A stretch of 64,000 nt of DNA, from positions 302,250,001 to 302,314,000 of the forward strand of contig OZ024743.1 of NCBI GenBank assembly GCA_964016885.1. Direction: 5' to 3'. The position numbers and the translations under genes were made by a program. This stretch comes from Eledone cirrhosa (taxonomy: Eukaryota). Under the pieces are notes generated by a model. That model saw only the letters and a list, made by a program, of their open reading frames with translations. It ran no database searches and was not told the origin of the DNA. Positions 41,896-57,059 of this stretch are shown here, one piece after another (the stretch's first letter is position 1; each line of letters opens with the position of its first letter).

Positions 41896-41969
<74 letters not shown>

Positions 41970-42836
41970 AATAAATATGATTTCAGCAAGATCGTATTTC
42001 GGCTGTGGTCAATAACAAAAGGAAACGCAATTTTCGATATATTCGGGAAGCGGCCAATGGACTAAAATAAGACCAGAGCATTTCACATACGTTATAGAGG
42101 CCATACAAAATGAAAACGCGTATCATGAAGCTATCAGCCACCGGAGCAAAAAAAGGAAACAAGCTAAACAGGTTAAACAAAAGAATTTACCCGGAACCAC
42201 CTGGAAATGATCCAGTGGGAGGTTTCTGTGACACCCAAATCAATTATACTGCCTGGTTTCTTTGTAAGCTTTTGGTATAACGATTGAAGAATGCTGCCAT
42301 TTCGCCAAAAAATAGTTTGCTCTCAGCCGGCAAGCGGGTTCCGATACATTAGTAGGGTTGGAGAGATTACCCCACGTGTCTACCCTGCTAGGGAGGTAAA
42401 CCCTGTTTTGGCGGATGGATTCATATTGTGTAAAATTATAGCTTGTATTGAAAAAATCTGCACAAACCGAATTAAGCTCTCAACCGGATTGTTTTTAAAT
42501 AAACTTGAGCAATTAATTAATCAATAGAATTGTGTAATAGAATTAAATAATTAATGGCTAGGCCCGGGAGATTATATATATAGTTATACTTGTGGAGGGA
42601 CATATTGTTATAATTTTGCCAGAAATAATAACAGAACACACTCACTGTTTGGTTACGGTAGGTTTTCCCTTCTGAAACTCTTATATCTGCATAGTTAATT
42701 TACTTGAAATCAATGTTTATCATTGATTGACCAACGGTTAAAAATACAGATATAAATACACATGCACACTCACACACATACGCGCACACACACATACATA
42801 AACACACCCACATACACACATACATACTCACACACA

Positions 42837-42938
<102 letters not shown>

Positions 42939-43135
42939 TATATATATAATCTAGAACTGTTTTCTTTCGAGATAAGGAAAGAAGCCACAGTTAAATAAGG
43001 TCCTCAATGCATTACTAGAGAAAGTACATCTTTCATATAGAACTGCCTACTGTCGTACAAAACAATTTCAATATGTTGAAATAAGGTCATTCCTGTTATT
43101 TCAAATGAATTTAACAGCTCTAGCCCTCTGATCAC

Positions 43136-43215
<80 letters not shown>

Positions 43216-43800
43216 ACAATATTATATACATACATATATGTGTATCTGTTTCAATATATATGTCTCCGTTTATGATTATAGCTCCACATTGATATGTATG
43301 AACAATTCTCAGAAGTATAATATAAATTACTCATGAATAGAAACCATTGATAAATAAGGTATGCACGTGGTCTAAACGATTTTTTTCCCACTATTGTCAT
43401 AATTTATTGCTTTAACATAAAATACTTAAAATGGGGATTTTCACTTTAATAGCGGATATAAATTCACAAAGAACTTTAAGTAAAGACATGAAAAGAAAAC
43501 GAAAGTGTTGTGGCGGTGATAGTATAACACTAATGCAATGATGCTTTAAGATATGGTATGAAGAATCTTGAACCACTTATACTAATCAAATTATAGGAAC
43601 ATATACAATGAAGAAAATAGAGAATGTTACACCTTGAGAGATGGTTATATCTATATAGTTTTATCTTCCTAAAATAAAATAAAAATATCACAGCACTTCA
43701 TGTGTTTCCACGAGTACACATATCGTTTCGATATAATAATCTCACTCGTATTCTCCCTCCCTCCCACTCTCCTTCTCTACAATACAGACGCATATATATG

Positions 43801-43843
<43 letters not shown>

Positions 43844-43908
43844 GGTGTTGGATGCTTAAAGCGTCCGTATGCGGTAGGCAGTATGAGCACTTGATGCCCT
43901 CATAGAGC

Positions 43909-44146
43909 AGAGTAGAAAAGATTCAGTGTTGCGACGAATGGAGTTTATTGAACTTAGTACAACCGTTTCTCTGGCGACCAGCTCGAGGTACGATCGATGT
44001 GATGATCGAATCTAACTCTGAAAATCGCAAGGTCGTCAGATACGTCTTGATTCTACGAAGCATATCCTCGAGCTAGACGCCAGAGAAATGATTGTAATAT
44101 GTCCAATAAATTCCATTCGTCGCAACACCGATTCCTATTTTTTCTG
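43909..44146. mobile_element. MITE-like fold-back element
   Basis: gtgttgcgacgaatgga...tttctctggcg...agctcgagg (to 43988) pairs with cctcgagct...cgccagagaaa...tccattcgtcgcaacac (from 44066). Confidence 0.8.
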
Positions 44147-45900
44147 TGATACATATCTATGATACATAGAAGATACGTATATGTGATACATATCTATATC
44201 TATATATATATGTATATACATGTATACATGTATGTACACAATCATTTACATATATATCTATGAGTTAAAACAATGAAATAAAAATCAATCATTAGAGATA
44301 TACTTCACTGCTTTACCATAGTTTCTAGATGGTGATAATACATTGTATCTATACTCAGTTATTGATCTATGTAAGTTTACAAACTATCAGATAGAGAGAA
44401 TATTTACTTACATGCATATCCCAGCTGTTTTCAAAAGCAATCTTTTATTTCATTTTTTTATTTCATTTTTTTTATTTCATTGTTTTAACTTATATCATGA
44501 CTCTGTTTTCCTTTTAATGTCTTATTGTTTTCTGAGATTTATCTTAACCTACAACATTTTCAACATTGAGTTCTTTATACAGAATAGACCCCACAACTTA
44601 CAGTGGATACCTCTGTGTATATATGTATATGTATATAAATCAAGGTTGATTCAGTTAGACATTGGTTAGACCATTACACGCCATAGTATTCGATACTTGG
44701 TGTAATAGCTTATGGTTATATAATAAAGATTCCTTACTCCGACTGCTGAGGTTTTGCCGTTTCAACAGCTAGTTCCACACACACACATACACACACACCC
44801 ATACACACACAAACACACACACACGTACTCACACACACACAATCACACACACATATATATATATATATATATACATTTATATTTGATTTGTCTCTCTTAG
44901 AATACGGTTGTTCAGCGTTATTCTCAATATAAATGAGGCACCAGAGCACAATTATACAAACCATGACTACTGTGGTCGACAAGGTATACTCGATCTCTTT
45001 CCTCTCCAACTCCACCCCGAATGCTTCATGATGTGAGATGTGAAAGATATTCCATCAACCCAAGGCTTGATCACCATGCTATCTGCCCACAAAATTAACA
45101 AATTCTAATCTGGTAGAAATGATATGACAGAAGTAAGTTGCCTCAATAATCTCTCCCTTTCCCTTTAATATTTCACCAACATACATCAAATCAGAAACAT
45201 CCAATTAAATTGAATCTGACCCAGAACATATACCCCACGAAATTCCTGTTAAATTACTTACGTGGATATTTCTTCGAAAACATTAGCTATTTACTAGAGT
45301 GGCCATGTTTATATGTGTTTGTTGTTAGTGTGCTTGTGTATATATTTATTTGTTTATTTAATTATATTTCTCTTAAGTCAGTATTGTTTGTTTGGGTGTT
45401 GTTCTTATTCCATTAATTTTTTTCTGTTTAGCTTTGGCTTTCTAAGCTCTATCTCGATTGCTTCTCTGATTTTATATAAACACACACGCACAGTAGTCTA
45501 CACAGCCATGAACATAAACATGGAAATGCATGCGCACACACAATTGGGCTTACAAACACAATCAAACAATTACATACACACACACAATCATGCAAACAAA
45601 TAATAATAAATAGGGCGATATTTATTTATAATCAACATCTTACCGATCACCTGAAACAGCTTATTTTTCGTTGAATCACCATTCAGATGTGGAGATTGAG
45701 GCTAACATTGCGTCTATAGCTCCCATGAGAGACCTTCAGTCAAACATCCGCGAAACGTGCGTAACAGATCGATATTCAATAAATATAAATATAAATGTAA
45801 ATACTTGAAAACAAAGCGTCATCTTATTTTTTTCTTATATCAACTCAGTGCATCGAGTGTTCACATTATAATCACCACCAGTGTTTCATGGAACCACCTA

Positions 45901-46008
<108 letters not shown>

Positions 46009-46414
46009 GTATGTATGTATGTGTGTGGCTGTATTTAAATATCTATGTATATATATATATACTGGTACGAGTTAAACGCACTGCCGAACACAGTCGTTTG
46101 AAGAATTATCTCAGTGTAGTCTACCTGAAGATGTAAGAGTCTCAATTCGAATAACAATAATAACAGCACCACTGTCCTGGAATCAATACAATAAATACAT
46201 CAACGGTACATGTGCCTATCCAAGCACTGGACCATATAAACAGAAACACGATGCAACTTAAATATGTAATCGGATAATTCTACTCGATTGGAACTTAGGC
46301 TAGCAGATAGGTAGGAAGGAAGATAGTATGTATGCGTTCATAGATATATCAACAATGCCTGATATGACACCCACACACCCCAATGCACACATACACATAG
46401 ATACGTATGTATAA

Positions 46415-46449
<35 letters not shown>

Positions 46450-46468
46450 CGTGCACACACACACACAG

Positions 46469-46554
<86 letters not shown>

Positions 46555-46637
46555 ATATATATGTATACATATAACATATATGTAATTACGTATATATGTA
46601 TATATGTATATATACGTATATATGTAGATGTACATGC

Positions 46638-46668
<31 letters not shown>

Positions 46669-46678
46669 AACATACGTA

Positions 46679-46709
<31 letters not shown>

Positions 46710-47865
46710 GGGGGGGGGCGTATGCTTGTTATGTGACCGCGCTTGTATGCGTGTATGCGTGTGAGAACAATGAATTTAGTAGGATACAACGTGCTTGTAA
46801 TATAATTTTTCCTATTTTCCTTTATATTGTTGCTCACTCAACCGCTGTAACAGATGAGAACAAAGCCTTTAAGAATATTGAAACATTGATCACTCACGAG
46901 CACAATGGTGTGCATTATCGTGTGTATGTGATGTATCTACATATGTATATCTGCTAAGTGTATAAAGTGTGTGTTTAGATATATCTGCTTTTATGCCTTC
47001 GGCTAAGTCATGCGTGCTTCTTTATCTGAATGCGTTGTTTTTCATAGAAGGAATCACATGTTTTAACTTGCGTACTTAGGTGCATATTGGTTTATGTTTT
47101 TATGCATATCTGTGAATAAATAACCTGTACTTGTTTATGTATGTTTCCCAGTTCCTTACTAAGGTTCTTTCAGCTACAATAAGGATTACTTAGAACAAAA
47201 TGTGATTTATACAATAAAAATAACGATAGTCAAATCAGAAGAGTTATATTATCAATAATATTCATAATTATTATTGATAATACTATTATTGTTGGTATAT
47301 TTTTAATACTTTTATATCTCTTTACATATTACAAAGCCACATATATATTAGTTTTGCAATTTTCTGTCATATATCCTTAGTAATTTGTTTTATTTCGCGA
47401 TTTTATTCCTGCCTTGTACAACGTAGTTTTCACATTCCTGCTTTTTCTTTCTTTATTTCTTTCATTCAATTCGCTCTTATTGATTTCTTGTTGGCCACAT
47501 AAGTGTCTACCATATCAGTGTGAGGCCCACTTTGCTTGGTTAGTTTACATTGACAAGTTACTCATCCACAAAATGACAATTGGTCATACACAAAGCATTC
47601 TTAATTTGCCCATTTTTCCACGAACACATTGAATTACTTTATCGCTTTTTGTTCAGTGTCATGTTTTCCCTTTTAAATATAATATATTTTATTTACTGAA
47701 CATACTCAGACACGCACACACAAATTCATCAGTTGATCTATATGTTGGTCTATATATTTACTTCCACTAAGTACCCGCCCATCTATCGATCACACTTCCC
47801 ATTACTCCAAACACACCCACCCTCATATAGACACACATAACTATGTAAATATGTAATATATGTAA

Positions 47866-47900
<35 letters not shown>

Positions 47901-48079
47901 GTAGGGTGTCCCCCAAAAATGTATACACACTTTGGGTACCTGTAGAGGCAACAATTACTAGAATGCTGAAATGTGTAAAGGTTTTCGGCGAGGCACAGTA
48001 TATATCTTGTTCTTCTTTATCAACTTATACCTTAGAGAATTGTGGAGGAAGTATACAACTTCTAGCGGGCAGCTAGATT

Positions 48080-48860
48080 TGTGAGAAGCCAATGTCTCCA
48101 ACTGTTCTCATGGATGTTATCCAATCATCTTGCTCGGGGTCAAGATCTGGTTCGCCTGACGGTTAATTTGCCAGTAAATCCTGTGCACCGCTTTTTTACT
48201 GAGACATTCTAACTCCATATCTTTAATACCCGAGCTGTGATCGCTCAATTTGGAGAGTAGCTACTCTAGCGGGAACGTTTCTCTAATTTCCGAGCTACGT
48301 ATTCTATTATTCTATTGCTCCAAAGATCCTATATAGGAACTCAATTTCAGCCGATTGCATTCGCATTAGCCTGCTTATGGTCATTATCCAAGGTTCATTA
48401 CCATAATGAACGGTTGGCACTGATACTAAAACAAAGATAGCAAGCTTGGCTTTTAAACCTATTTCTATTATTTTGAGTAACGAATACTGCACAAATCATT
48501 CAATTACTTCACATAATTCAACCTCCTTCTTTCCATCATTCGCAAACACGACCTCGAGATACCTCAAATTTTCTATCTGCTTCAGTGGTACTCCACTCAT
48601 GTGTAGAGTGCACTGTGTGGGCTTCCTTGAAAGGACGAGTGTCGCAGTCTTCGCAGGACTGATTGTCATTCCTGTCAAGCGAACCTATCAAGTGCATGTC
48701 AGGGATCAGCTTCTGACGTGTTAAGTAATAACATGGTGTCTGGAAATTCCAGCCACCTGGTCTTAAACCCGTCAGGCTGGATCTCAATTCCAAACCGACT
48801 GTGCATATCAATCCTGTGCATGAAGATTATGATAACGATGGGTGAGAGTACGCTCTGACT
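48080..48860 (-). mobile_element. Decayed RTE-like LINE 3' fragment
   Basis: Peptides GMTISPAKTATLV, PLKQIENLRYLEVVF and KAKLAIFVLVSVPTVHYGNEPWIMT...MQSAEIEFLYRIFG. Confidence 0.78.
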
Positions 48861-49460
48861 TAGGTGTAGAATATATCATGCTCTCCACTTTGCCCTTTCT
48901 TCCACCCATTGCCTTATAATTCATGTGCTTTCCCTCCTTTTCCTATCATTTATAGCATTTATAGCATTTCCCAAAGATACATTATTTTTCTATATTCTTA
49001 AGTAAATATCAAATCCTTCATTATTTTTATGAAATATTATCCGCGAAATATATTTGAGTATTTTCAAGTATAACATGTCCCATTCTGGAACAATAGAAAG
49101 AGAAAGGAGAAAAAAGAAAAATAATACCCCCCACAATAAAAGAAAAGTACGGCGAGCCTGGAGAAAGCGATGAGTACATCGGTAGGTGGGTGTAAATTGA
49201 CACTAAATGAAAGAGAGCGAGGGGGTAATTGGTGGCTAGAAATAAAGGGAACTGATTCGAGAATCACGCTTACACAGAGACACAAACACGCACGCCAACG
49301 CACACGATCCGGCATACGCTCGGATGCAAAGAATGTAATATGAATGCCGTGAAAGAGATAATAAATCAAAGGAAATGAAAATCAAAATACTAAAATAGAC
49401 AGGGATGAAAATAAAGCTAATCGCATCACCGATAATAAAGGGATGGTAACAAGAAAAAAA

Positions 49461-49538
<78 letters not shown>

Positions 49539-50465
49539 ATGAATACTCGATCCGAGTGTAATTATAATAATACAAGGATGATTAGCTATGACTTCATTGA
49601 GTAGTGACACACGTTTCACTATTGATCAGCTCAAATTTCGGTCTGTATCGATCGAGCTCGATTCTGGAAGCAACAGCTCGTCGGGTCTCTGCTGTGGTAA
49701 CGACAGAATGGACCCGTATGGCTTAGAAAGTTCTAGAACGATTCACATTCATTTATGGTGGTCAGTTACTGTTGTTTTGATTGGTGGTTTTGCTACAAGA
49801 CATGTTTTGATATATACTATATATATATATGTTACTTTGATAACTTTGGTAGATTTCGGCCAGGATTGGCCTAGGCCTTGTCTAGCATATACATCAACTG
49901 GTGAAAACTGTAGACTTAATACTGGTAGGCTAAAACGGTGATAGATTGTACAAGAAGATGTGCGTAAATCTTAGCACTAACACGTACGAGTATCATGCAT
50001 CCCGCACGCGTACAATTTACTGCCTGACACTTGCATATACACATAATATAACAACGTTAATATTTCTATAACATTGTTATTTCTATAACAATTTATCCAC
50101 GACAAAATGAATAGTGAAATTTAATGAGAGTGCACACAGTTAATTATCGGAGAGGTCAATAGTCGTAAAATTGCCGGTATTGATAATCCATGGTTGATGA
50201 TAAAGAATTGATGGTCGCAAGTATAATAATGGTGGAAACAGTGAGCATAGCAATGGCTGACAGTCATAAACAATAAAAGATGCAGTATGTAAATATAATA
50301 TAGTACTAAGTCTGGGTGAGGGGAGTCGGTTCAAACAACTCTGTCATTAAATATGCTGTCGGTATCGAGTGATGCGACAGAGTATGAGGCATGATCGGAC
50401 TCGGCCGGGTTGAGAATCAGAAGCTCAGGGTTCTGTATTATATTTCAAAGAGTTCAAAATAAGGA

Positions 50466-50668
50466 TTTCTAGTATAGGAACAAGGCCAGTAATTTAAGGG
50501 GAGGGCAAAGTTGATTAACGCGACTCCAGTACGTTTCTGGTGCATTATTATATCGACCGCGTAGCGAAAGTTAACCTCGGCGGGATTTGAACTCAAATCA
50601 TGATGGGCCGTAACTTTAAGCTGCTAAGCCTGGTGTCCGAGACTCTAGCGATAACTTCCAATTCACGG
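50466..50668 (-). mobile_element. tRNA-derived SINE
   Basis: aaagttaacctcggcgggatttgaactc and caaggccag match the family consensus on minus. Confidence 0.8.
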
Positions 50669-50782
50669 CACTCGTGGGGATCAAAGTGATGATATTAGAA
50701 AAATCACGGATAAAGATATTTTTATATTAGCATCTACACATCATACACACACAACCACATTCTTACATACATGCATACATAC

Positions 50783-50878
<96 letters not shown>

Positions 50879-50903
50879 GTGTGTGTGTGTGTATGTATAC
50901 ATC

Positions 50904-50935
<32 letters not shown>

Positions 50936-51084
50936 GGTGTCTGTGTGTGTGTGTGTATGTATGTAAGAATGTATATATACATATTTAATTATATATCAAA
51001 TATGTTTCCCAGCCGATCAGCGCGAAGAACGATCGATTAATATTCGATCCTGACTCTGAAATCGGAAGTTCCTCGCGTAGACTC

Positions 51085-51220
51085 ACGGCAGTACCAGTAG
51101 AGTGTCGGACACCATGGTTTGCAGCATAGAGTTCCGTCCCTATATGCCTGAGTTCAAATCCTACCGTGGTTAACTTTGCCTTTAAGCCTTACAGGATGTG
51201 CCAAAAATAGAAACAATAAT
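51085..51220 (+). mobile_element. SINE, internally deleted
   Basis: ggcagtaccagtagag...ctgagttcaaatcc...gttaactttgccttt...tagaaacaata. Confidence 0.72.
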
Positions 51221-52072
51221 TTTAGGCTGCCGCGCACTCTGCTAAAGGAATGTTATCGCCGTTTTCATCTGATAAATTGTATTCGGTCAAATCCCAGCGG
51301 TGAGGCGACCAACAAATCAGCAGCTGTATCTGCCACTGTTTGGTCAAGATGGTATTTTATGTTGGTCTCAGACAGAGGCCAATCATGCCTAACTGCCCAT
51401 CTGCTGTTGTTATAGTATTTGAAGTAATAAGGAAATAAAGAAAGAAAAACAAATTTGATATATGGCATTACAAAATAAAGAATACACTGGTAAAGCGATA
51501 CTGAAATAAATAATACGGACAGCAAGAATATATATAAATATACAAAGTAAAAAACCAAAGCAAAATCAATGATTGCAGTTACGAACATTGTTGGTATTAG
51601 GTTGACGTTTGAGAGTGTGGGTGAGCAATGGCGTTTCGGGCATAAGCCCTTCATCGGGAGAAAGTTGGGAAGGGAAAGAGTTTCGAGATGGTGTGAGGGG
51701 GGAGTGGCGGAAAGACATGAAAAAGCGGGAAAAAATTAAAATGAAGGAAAACGAATTAAAATGAGGGACAAACGAATTAAAATGAAAACAAGTGGTGAAA
51801 GGGTTTGAGGCGTGTAGAGGTGGTGCTGGATGGATGGAGGGGTATATATAACGTTATAAACCTGACTGCGGCGCTTAGTGCACCTAACGTCTGCATGAAC
51901 ACAGCCACCTAGCTGCTTTCTACTGCATATTGCACACTGAGTACAAGCCTTTACGCTTTGGCTTCTAACTAATTCACCAAACTCTCCTCTCCTATCTCCG
52001 TCTCTCTCTTTAAGATAGGTTACTCTTGAACTGTGAGTATATATATATATATAGACATATATATATATACAC

Positions 52073-52228
<156 letters not shown>

Positions 52229-52392
52229 CGACTTTTTTTAGCCGTTGCTCGCACCAACCTGAGGTATATGGCCTTTAATGCGACGAAATGCCTACGACGG
52301 TTGGAAGGCCACTGATGAAGACAAACTTTTTCATATGTAACCCATTTGCAGCGCCGCAGCTCCATTATTATCATATATAATATATATATATG

Positions 52393-52493
<101 letters not shown>

Positions 52494-52640
52494 ATATTAT
52501 ATATTATATATATATATATATTATATATTATATATATATATATTATATATATTATATATATATATTATATGTATTATATATGTATATATATATTATATAT
52601 GTTATATATATATATATATTATATATATATACACATACAT

Positions 52641-52727
<87 letters not shown>

Positions 52728-52915
52728 CACACATATATATACATATGTATACATAGACACACATTATTTTATTATTATTTAGGAATAAATCTGAATACTA
52801 TTCTAAATGTTTCTTTTAAAATTCCAACCTTAATCACTATTAAACATTCTTAATCGGAAAGAGGTACACTTCCACACACATACAAACAACTATATATATA
52901 TATATATATATGTAA

Positions 52916-52967
<52 letters not shown>

Positions 52968-52993
52968 ATATATATATATATATATATATATGT

Positions 52994-53041
<48 letters not shown>

Positions 53042-53284
53042 GTGTGTGTGTGTGTGTGTCTGTGTGTGTATATACATATGCGTATGTGTGAGTGAGTGTG
53101 TGCATACTTACATAACGCGGCTTAGTAATATGACTAAATGTTTGATGTATATATATAGATATATATATGATTCCATTTCCTCAGAGAAATAACAACACAC
53201 CCAGGAGCTGGACATATCAATGGATTGACGGAGGAAAACACACTTCACCAACATATGTATCTGTATTTCACACCTCAATTCGGT

Positions 53285-53337
53285 CTGTCTGAAGAGGTCA
53301 CAACCTATGATGGCTCTCACCGAAATATATGTACCAG
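53285..53337 (+). ncRNA. Decayed hammerhead motif, isolated
   Basis: ctgt-CTGAAGA-ggtcacaacc(tatgat)ggctctcacc-GAAA-tatatg-TA-ccag. The core is intact but the stems carry mismatches. Confidence 0.5.
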
Positions 53338-54118
53338 CATATCTATAATTGTTAATAAACGAAGCTAAATTTAAAATTTTTGACTTAATCATTTCACATT
53401 ACTCCGGAGTAAACAAACCAACCTGCCTGCGTACTTCGTTGAGGGCTCCAATCTGCATACTGTGGTGTCGTAAACAACCAGCATAATCTAAAAAAAATTA
53501 TATATATTTCCCTGGAACACTAAGGGAAACATGTAAAGTAATACGGGAGACTATACTGTCATCCCCACCAAGACTGCTTTGTTAGAAGTGGGAATTTGTT
53601 ATAGTATCAATGGAGGTGGAGTGATGTCATGACTGCCAATAGCCCTCATACAAGCGTGTATATGTTTTTACATTTATGATAAATTTTCTTGAAGAGGTGG
53701 ATTAGGTGCACTTTTAATCCCGAGGGCTATATAGTCAGGAGTCTAATTCCTTCTAATTTCAACTCTGCGAGACAAGTCGATTTATGGGTTATATATTAAA
53801 TCTCAATTTGAGGCGTCATGATTTTGAAAGTGTGATATCAGCAGAATAGATTTTTAGGTCAAGAGTGTTTCGTACTAGTTAGTGAGGGAAAAATAGATCA
53901 TCTTAATACATAGTTTCAAATGTTTTCTCAATGATTTGGTGCGTAACGCCAAATAAAATCATCAATGCTTAATAAACATTAATTAATGATCGGCAAACTA
54001 GCTGTGGGAAAAATACGTTCATAGACGTACACTTACGGACCTGAGCATACATATATATATATATATATACCGTTCAATGATATTAAATAAATGGAAACTA
54101 TATTTATAAAACCATATT

Positions 54119-54179
54119 TATTATATTATATATATTTCAAGGGTACCAAAACTTTGGTACGCTTTCATCAGATAAAATA
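54119..54179 (-). ncRNA. Type I hammerhead, family D
   Basis: Minus strand tattttat-CTGATGA-aagcgtaccaa(agtt)ttggtaccctt-GAAA-tatata-TA-atataata. Confidence 0.75.
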
Positions 54180-54854
54180 CAATTTTGTTTTATAAATGTT
54201 GACATAACCAAGAAAAGATACCTTAACGGTTGAGGTTTTTCTTGGATAGTGAAGGAAAAGAGATGAAAAGTCAGATATTTCAAATTGTTGAGATGAATAT
54301 GCAAATGAGGTTGAGGTATAGGGCTGAATAAACGTTATTTTAGGCGCTATGCCGAATTTAAATAATTAGGATATATATATGTATGAGTAGGAAGAAGAAA
54401 GAAAGAAAGAAGAGCTAGTATTTACGTTAATTTAAAAGGAATTAACAATCCGCGGGAATGGTGGAATATGATTCCAGAATTTAAATTTCTTTAGCTATCT
54501 TATTAGTTATAATATTGTATATATAAACAATTAGATTATATGAAGAATTATGGTTGTAAGTAGATTTTATCTTATTACATTGCAATAGGTTGTGAGTATA
54601 TAAATATCTATATAGATTAATAATTGTGCATGTATAAATATTATAGAAATATAAATAATTTACAATTATTAGTTGTTTACATTTCTAATATGAGTTACGA
54701 AGGTTTTGATTTTGCATTTTAAATAAAAAAAGCCCTAGTTCAATTGTAAGACGAGAACAATTTGTAAATTCACATATTTTGTTCCAACATTGAAAATGTT
54801 TTCAGAACATTGTTAATTTAGCGAAGTTATATAGTTTATCATACATATTATATT

Positions 54855-54905
54855 CAGTAATGCACTGGGTAATTGCTGGCCTTGTGCCTAAAGTAGAAAC
54901 AATTA
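54855..54905 (+). mobile_element. SINE 3' end inserted in the PLE 3' UTR
   Basis: cagtaatgcactgggtaattgctggccttgtgcctaaagtagaaacaatta. Confidence 0.75.
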
Positions 54906-55374
54906 TATTATAATATAATGTTTATGTTTGCACGATTAAAAAGGGAAATATAACTTCAATATTGTTTGTCAAAAGTTAAATTTGATGAATCATTTACTCA
55001 AAATATATATAGAAAATTATATATTATTTTTGTCGAAAGATGTGTGAACGTATGAAGATCAAAAGAAGAAGAAAAAGGTAACGTGCATTTCGATGTACCT
55101 TTATAATGTCAATTAAAGATTTTCAATCTACATCTAAAAATATATATTTAGAGGAGTATCATTAATAAATATTGTCAAAATGTAAACAAATTTAAAATAG
55201 AAAAAATGTATATAAAAAAATTAAAATTAATGTTAAATGGCAAAAATAGTAGAAATATTAAAAAAATAAGAAGGAAGATCATTTTAAAAAAATTGAATTT
55301 GAATGTTTAAAGAAAATAGGATCATTTTGAAGGTGTATAAGATATATTCAAGTGTAATGAATATCATGAATTAA

Positions 55375-57059
55375 AAATACTTCTGAAATCTGAATTTTGG
55401 CGATGCCTGCAACTAGAAAATAATTATGTTTTAAGATTAATAGAGTTTTGATTGTTAATTATATAAAACATTTCCTCGATACACATGTTACAGAATCTTG
55501 AGAAAGCAATATTTCGGTATGCAGGTGCTTTCGAAATCGTTCCCCAATATATTGTATATTCTATATTGTTGTATTTTAAGTTCCAAATTAAATGTGAAAG
55601 TGAAGTGGAAGATATTTTATCTGATATATTAAATGTGTGTTTATGATTAATCCAGCGTTCTTTGAATTTTGTAGAAGTGGCACCAATATAGTTAAATACT
55701 TTGTCTCTAGTTTTAACTGTGCATTTATGAATTACGTTTTTGTCTAAGCAATTATTTTGTAAAGGACAGTTTGATTTAATTCTACAGTTAAACTGTCTGT
55801 AGTTGTTGTTCGGCACGGTACTATTATTCTGAATATTGTTGTTAGAAATATTATTATTGCTATCTTGGTTATTTTGGTTAGAGTTTAAATTTAAGTTTCT
55901 ATTATTAATTCTATTTATATTTTATACTATGTTCATAGTAGTAGAGTAGGATAGTTTTATAGTGTGTCTGTTAAAATAGAGTGGTATCTGTGGGTTTTAG
56001 GAAAACATTTATCTAGTGCTTTAAAAAACAGCTTTGCTAAAGGTGTTTTAACGCTTAATGAGAATGGGAGAGAGTACCTCATAATATTTCAGGTTCTAGT
56101 TTTTTTGTTTGGTTTAGTGTTTGAGTTAAATTGTTTATTATTATTATAATTAATTCTAGGACGATTCGTCATGTTATTGTTATCTATGTATTTAATTGTT
56201 TTCGAGTATCCTACTCTTTGTATAGTTTGATTGTAATATTCTACCTTATCATCAAAAATATTTTTATTAGCAGAGATGCGTGAAATCCGTTGTTGGACGC
56301 TATTGACAATACTGTTTTTAATATTTTTAGGATGATTAGAATTGAAACTTACGTAATTTTGATTTCGTTAGTTTTCGTTAGTTTTATGGAATGGATAGTG
56401 AAACCCTGTGCTGTTTCGGGTTACATCTAAAAAGTTAACGATTTTGTAATTATTCTCGATTTTTAATTTAAAGTTGTAGTTGTTGAAACATTGTATTATG
56501 GATTTCAATTTCCTATTAATTTCACTATTTCTATGGTTTTCAATTAAAAGTAACATATCGTCGAGATATAAACCTCCGGTCATCTCTGGCATTTTCCTAT
56601 GTAGTACATTATTAATAAATAATCCAACGAGGTCCGTTACTTGCGCCGAGTCAGATGATACCATAGTGATATCAAAATTGTTTTTTTTTGTCGGCTCTTG
56701 TCCAGAGATGATTATTAAATTCTATTATGGTTTTACGTGCTGTTAGAATTATATTCATGTCTTCACTAGCTAGGTTTGTATGTTTAGACGCGTAGCTAAG
56801 TGCCTTATTAAGTAAGCTAGGGGTAATAGAGGAGTAGTAATTAGCAATATCCATTTGAATGAATTTGTTGTTATGTTTTAATTATATGTTATGTTATTAA
56901 GCCAATCTATAACTTCATTAGTACCGTTCCATAGTTTAAGGTGTGATTTTTCTTTAAGTAGTGGAATAATTCAATCTAATATCTGTTTGCTAAGTATGCC
57001 TAAGTCCGATTTAGATGGTGCGATGAATCTGACAGGTAGGTCAATTTCAAAATTTCTTT
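55375..57059 (-). pseudogene. PLE RT plus GIY-YIG, frameshifted
   Basis: DIANYYSSIT, DSAQVTDLVGLF, GGLYLDD, VNFLDV and NCRIKSNCPL...NYIGATSTKFKERW...CNMCIEE. Confidence 0.88.

Larger units (their letters stand above)
38680..41898 (-). mobile_element. Heavily 5'-truncated Penelope-like element (family C) forming a 3.1-kb palindrome
   Basis: Arms 38680-40090 and 40405-41812 are near-identical reverse complements. The 314-bp spacer encodes GIY-YIG, and 41813-41898 is an unpaired tail. Confidence 0.92.

Noticed and set aside
47897-47940. Tc1/mariner-like TIR tagggtgtcccccaaaaatgtatacacac
   Set aside because: No partner TIR or transposase remnant nearby, so it is too short to annotate.
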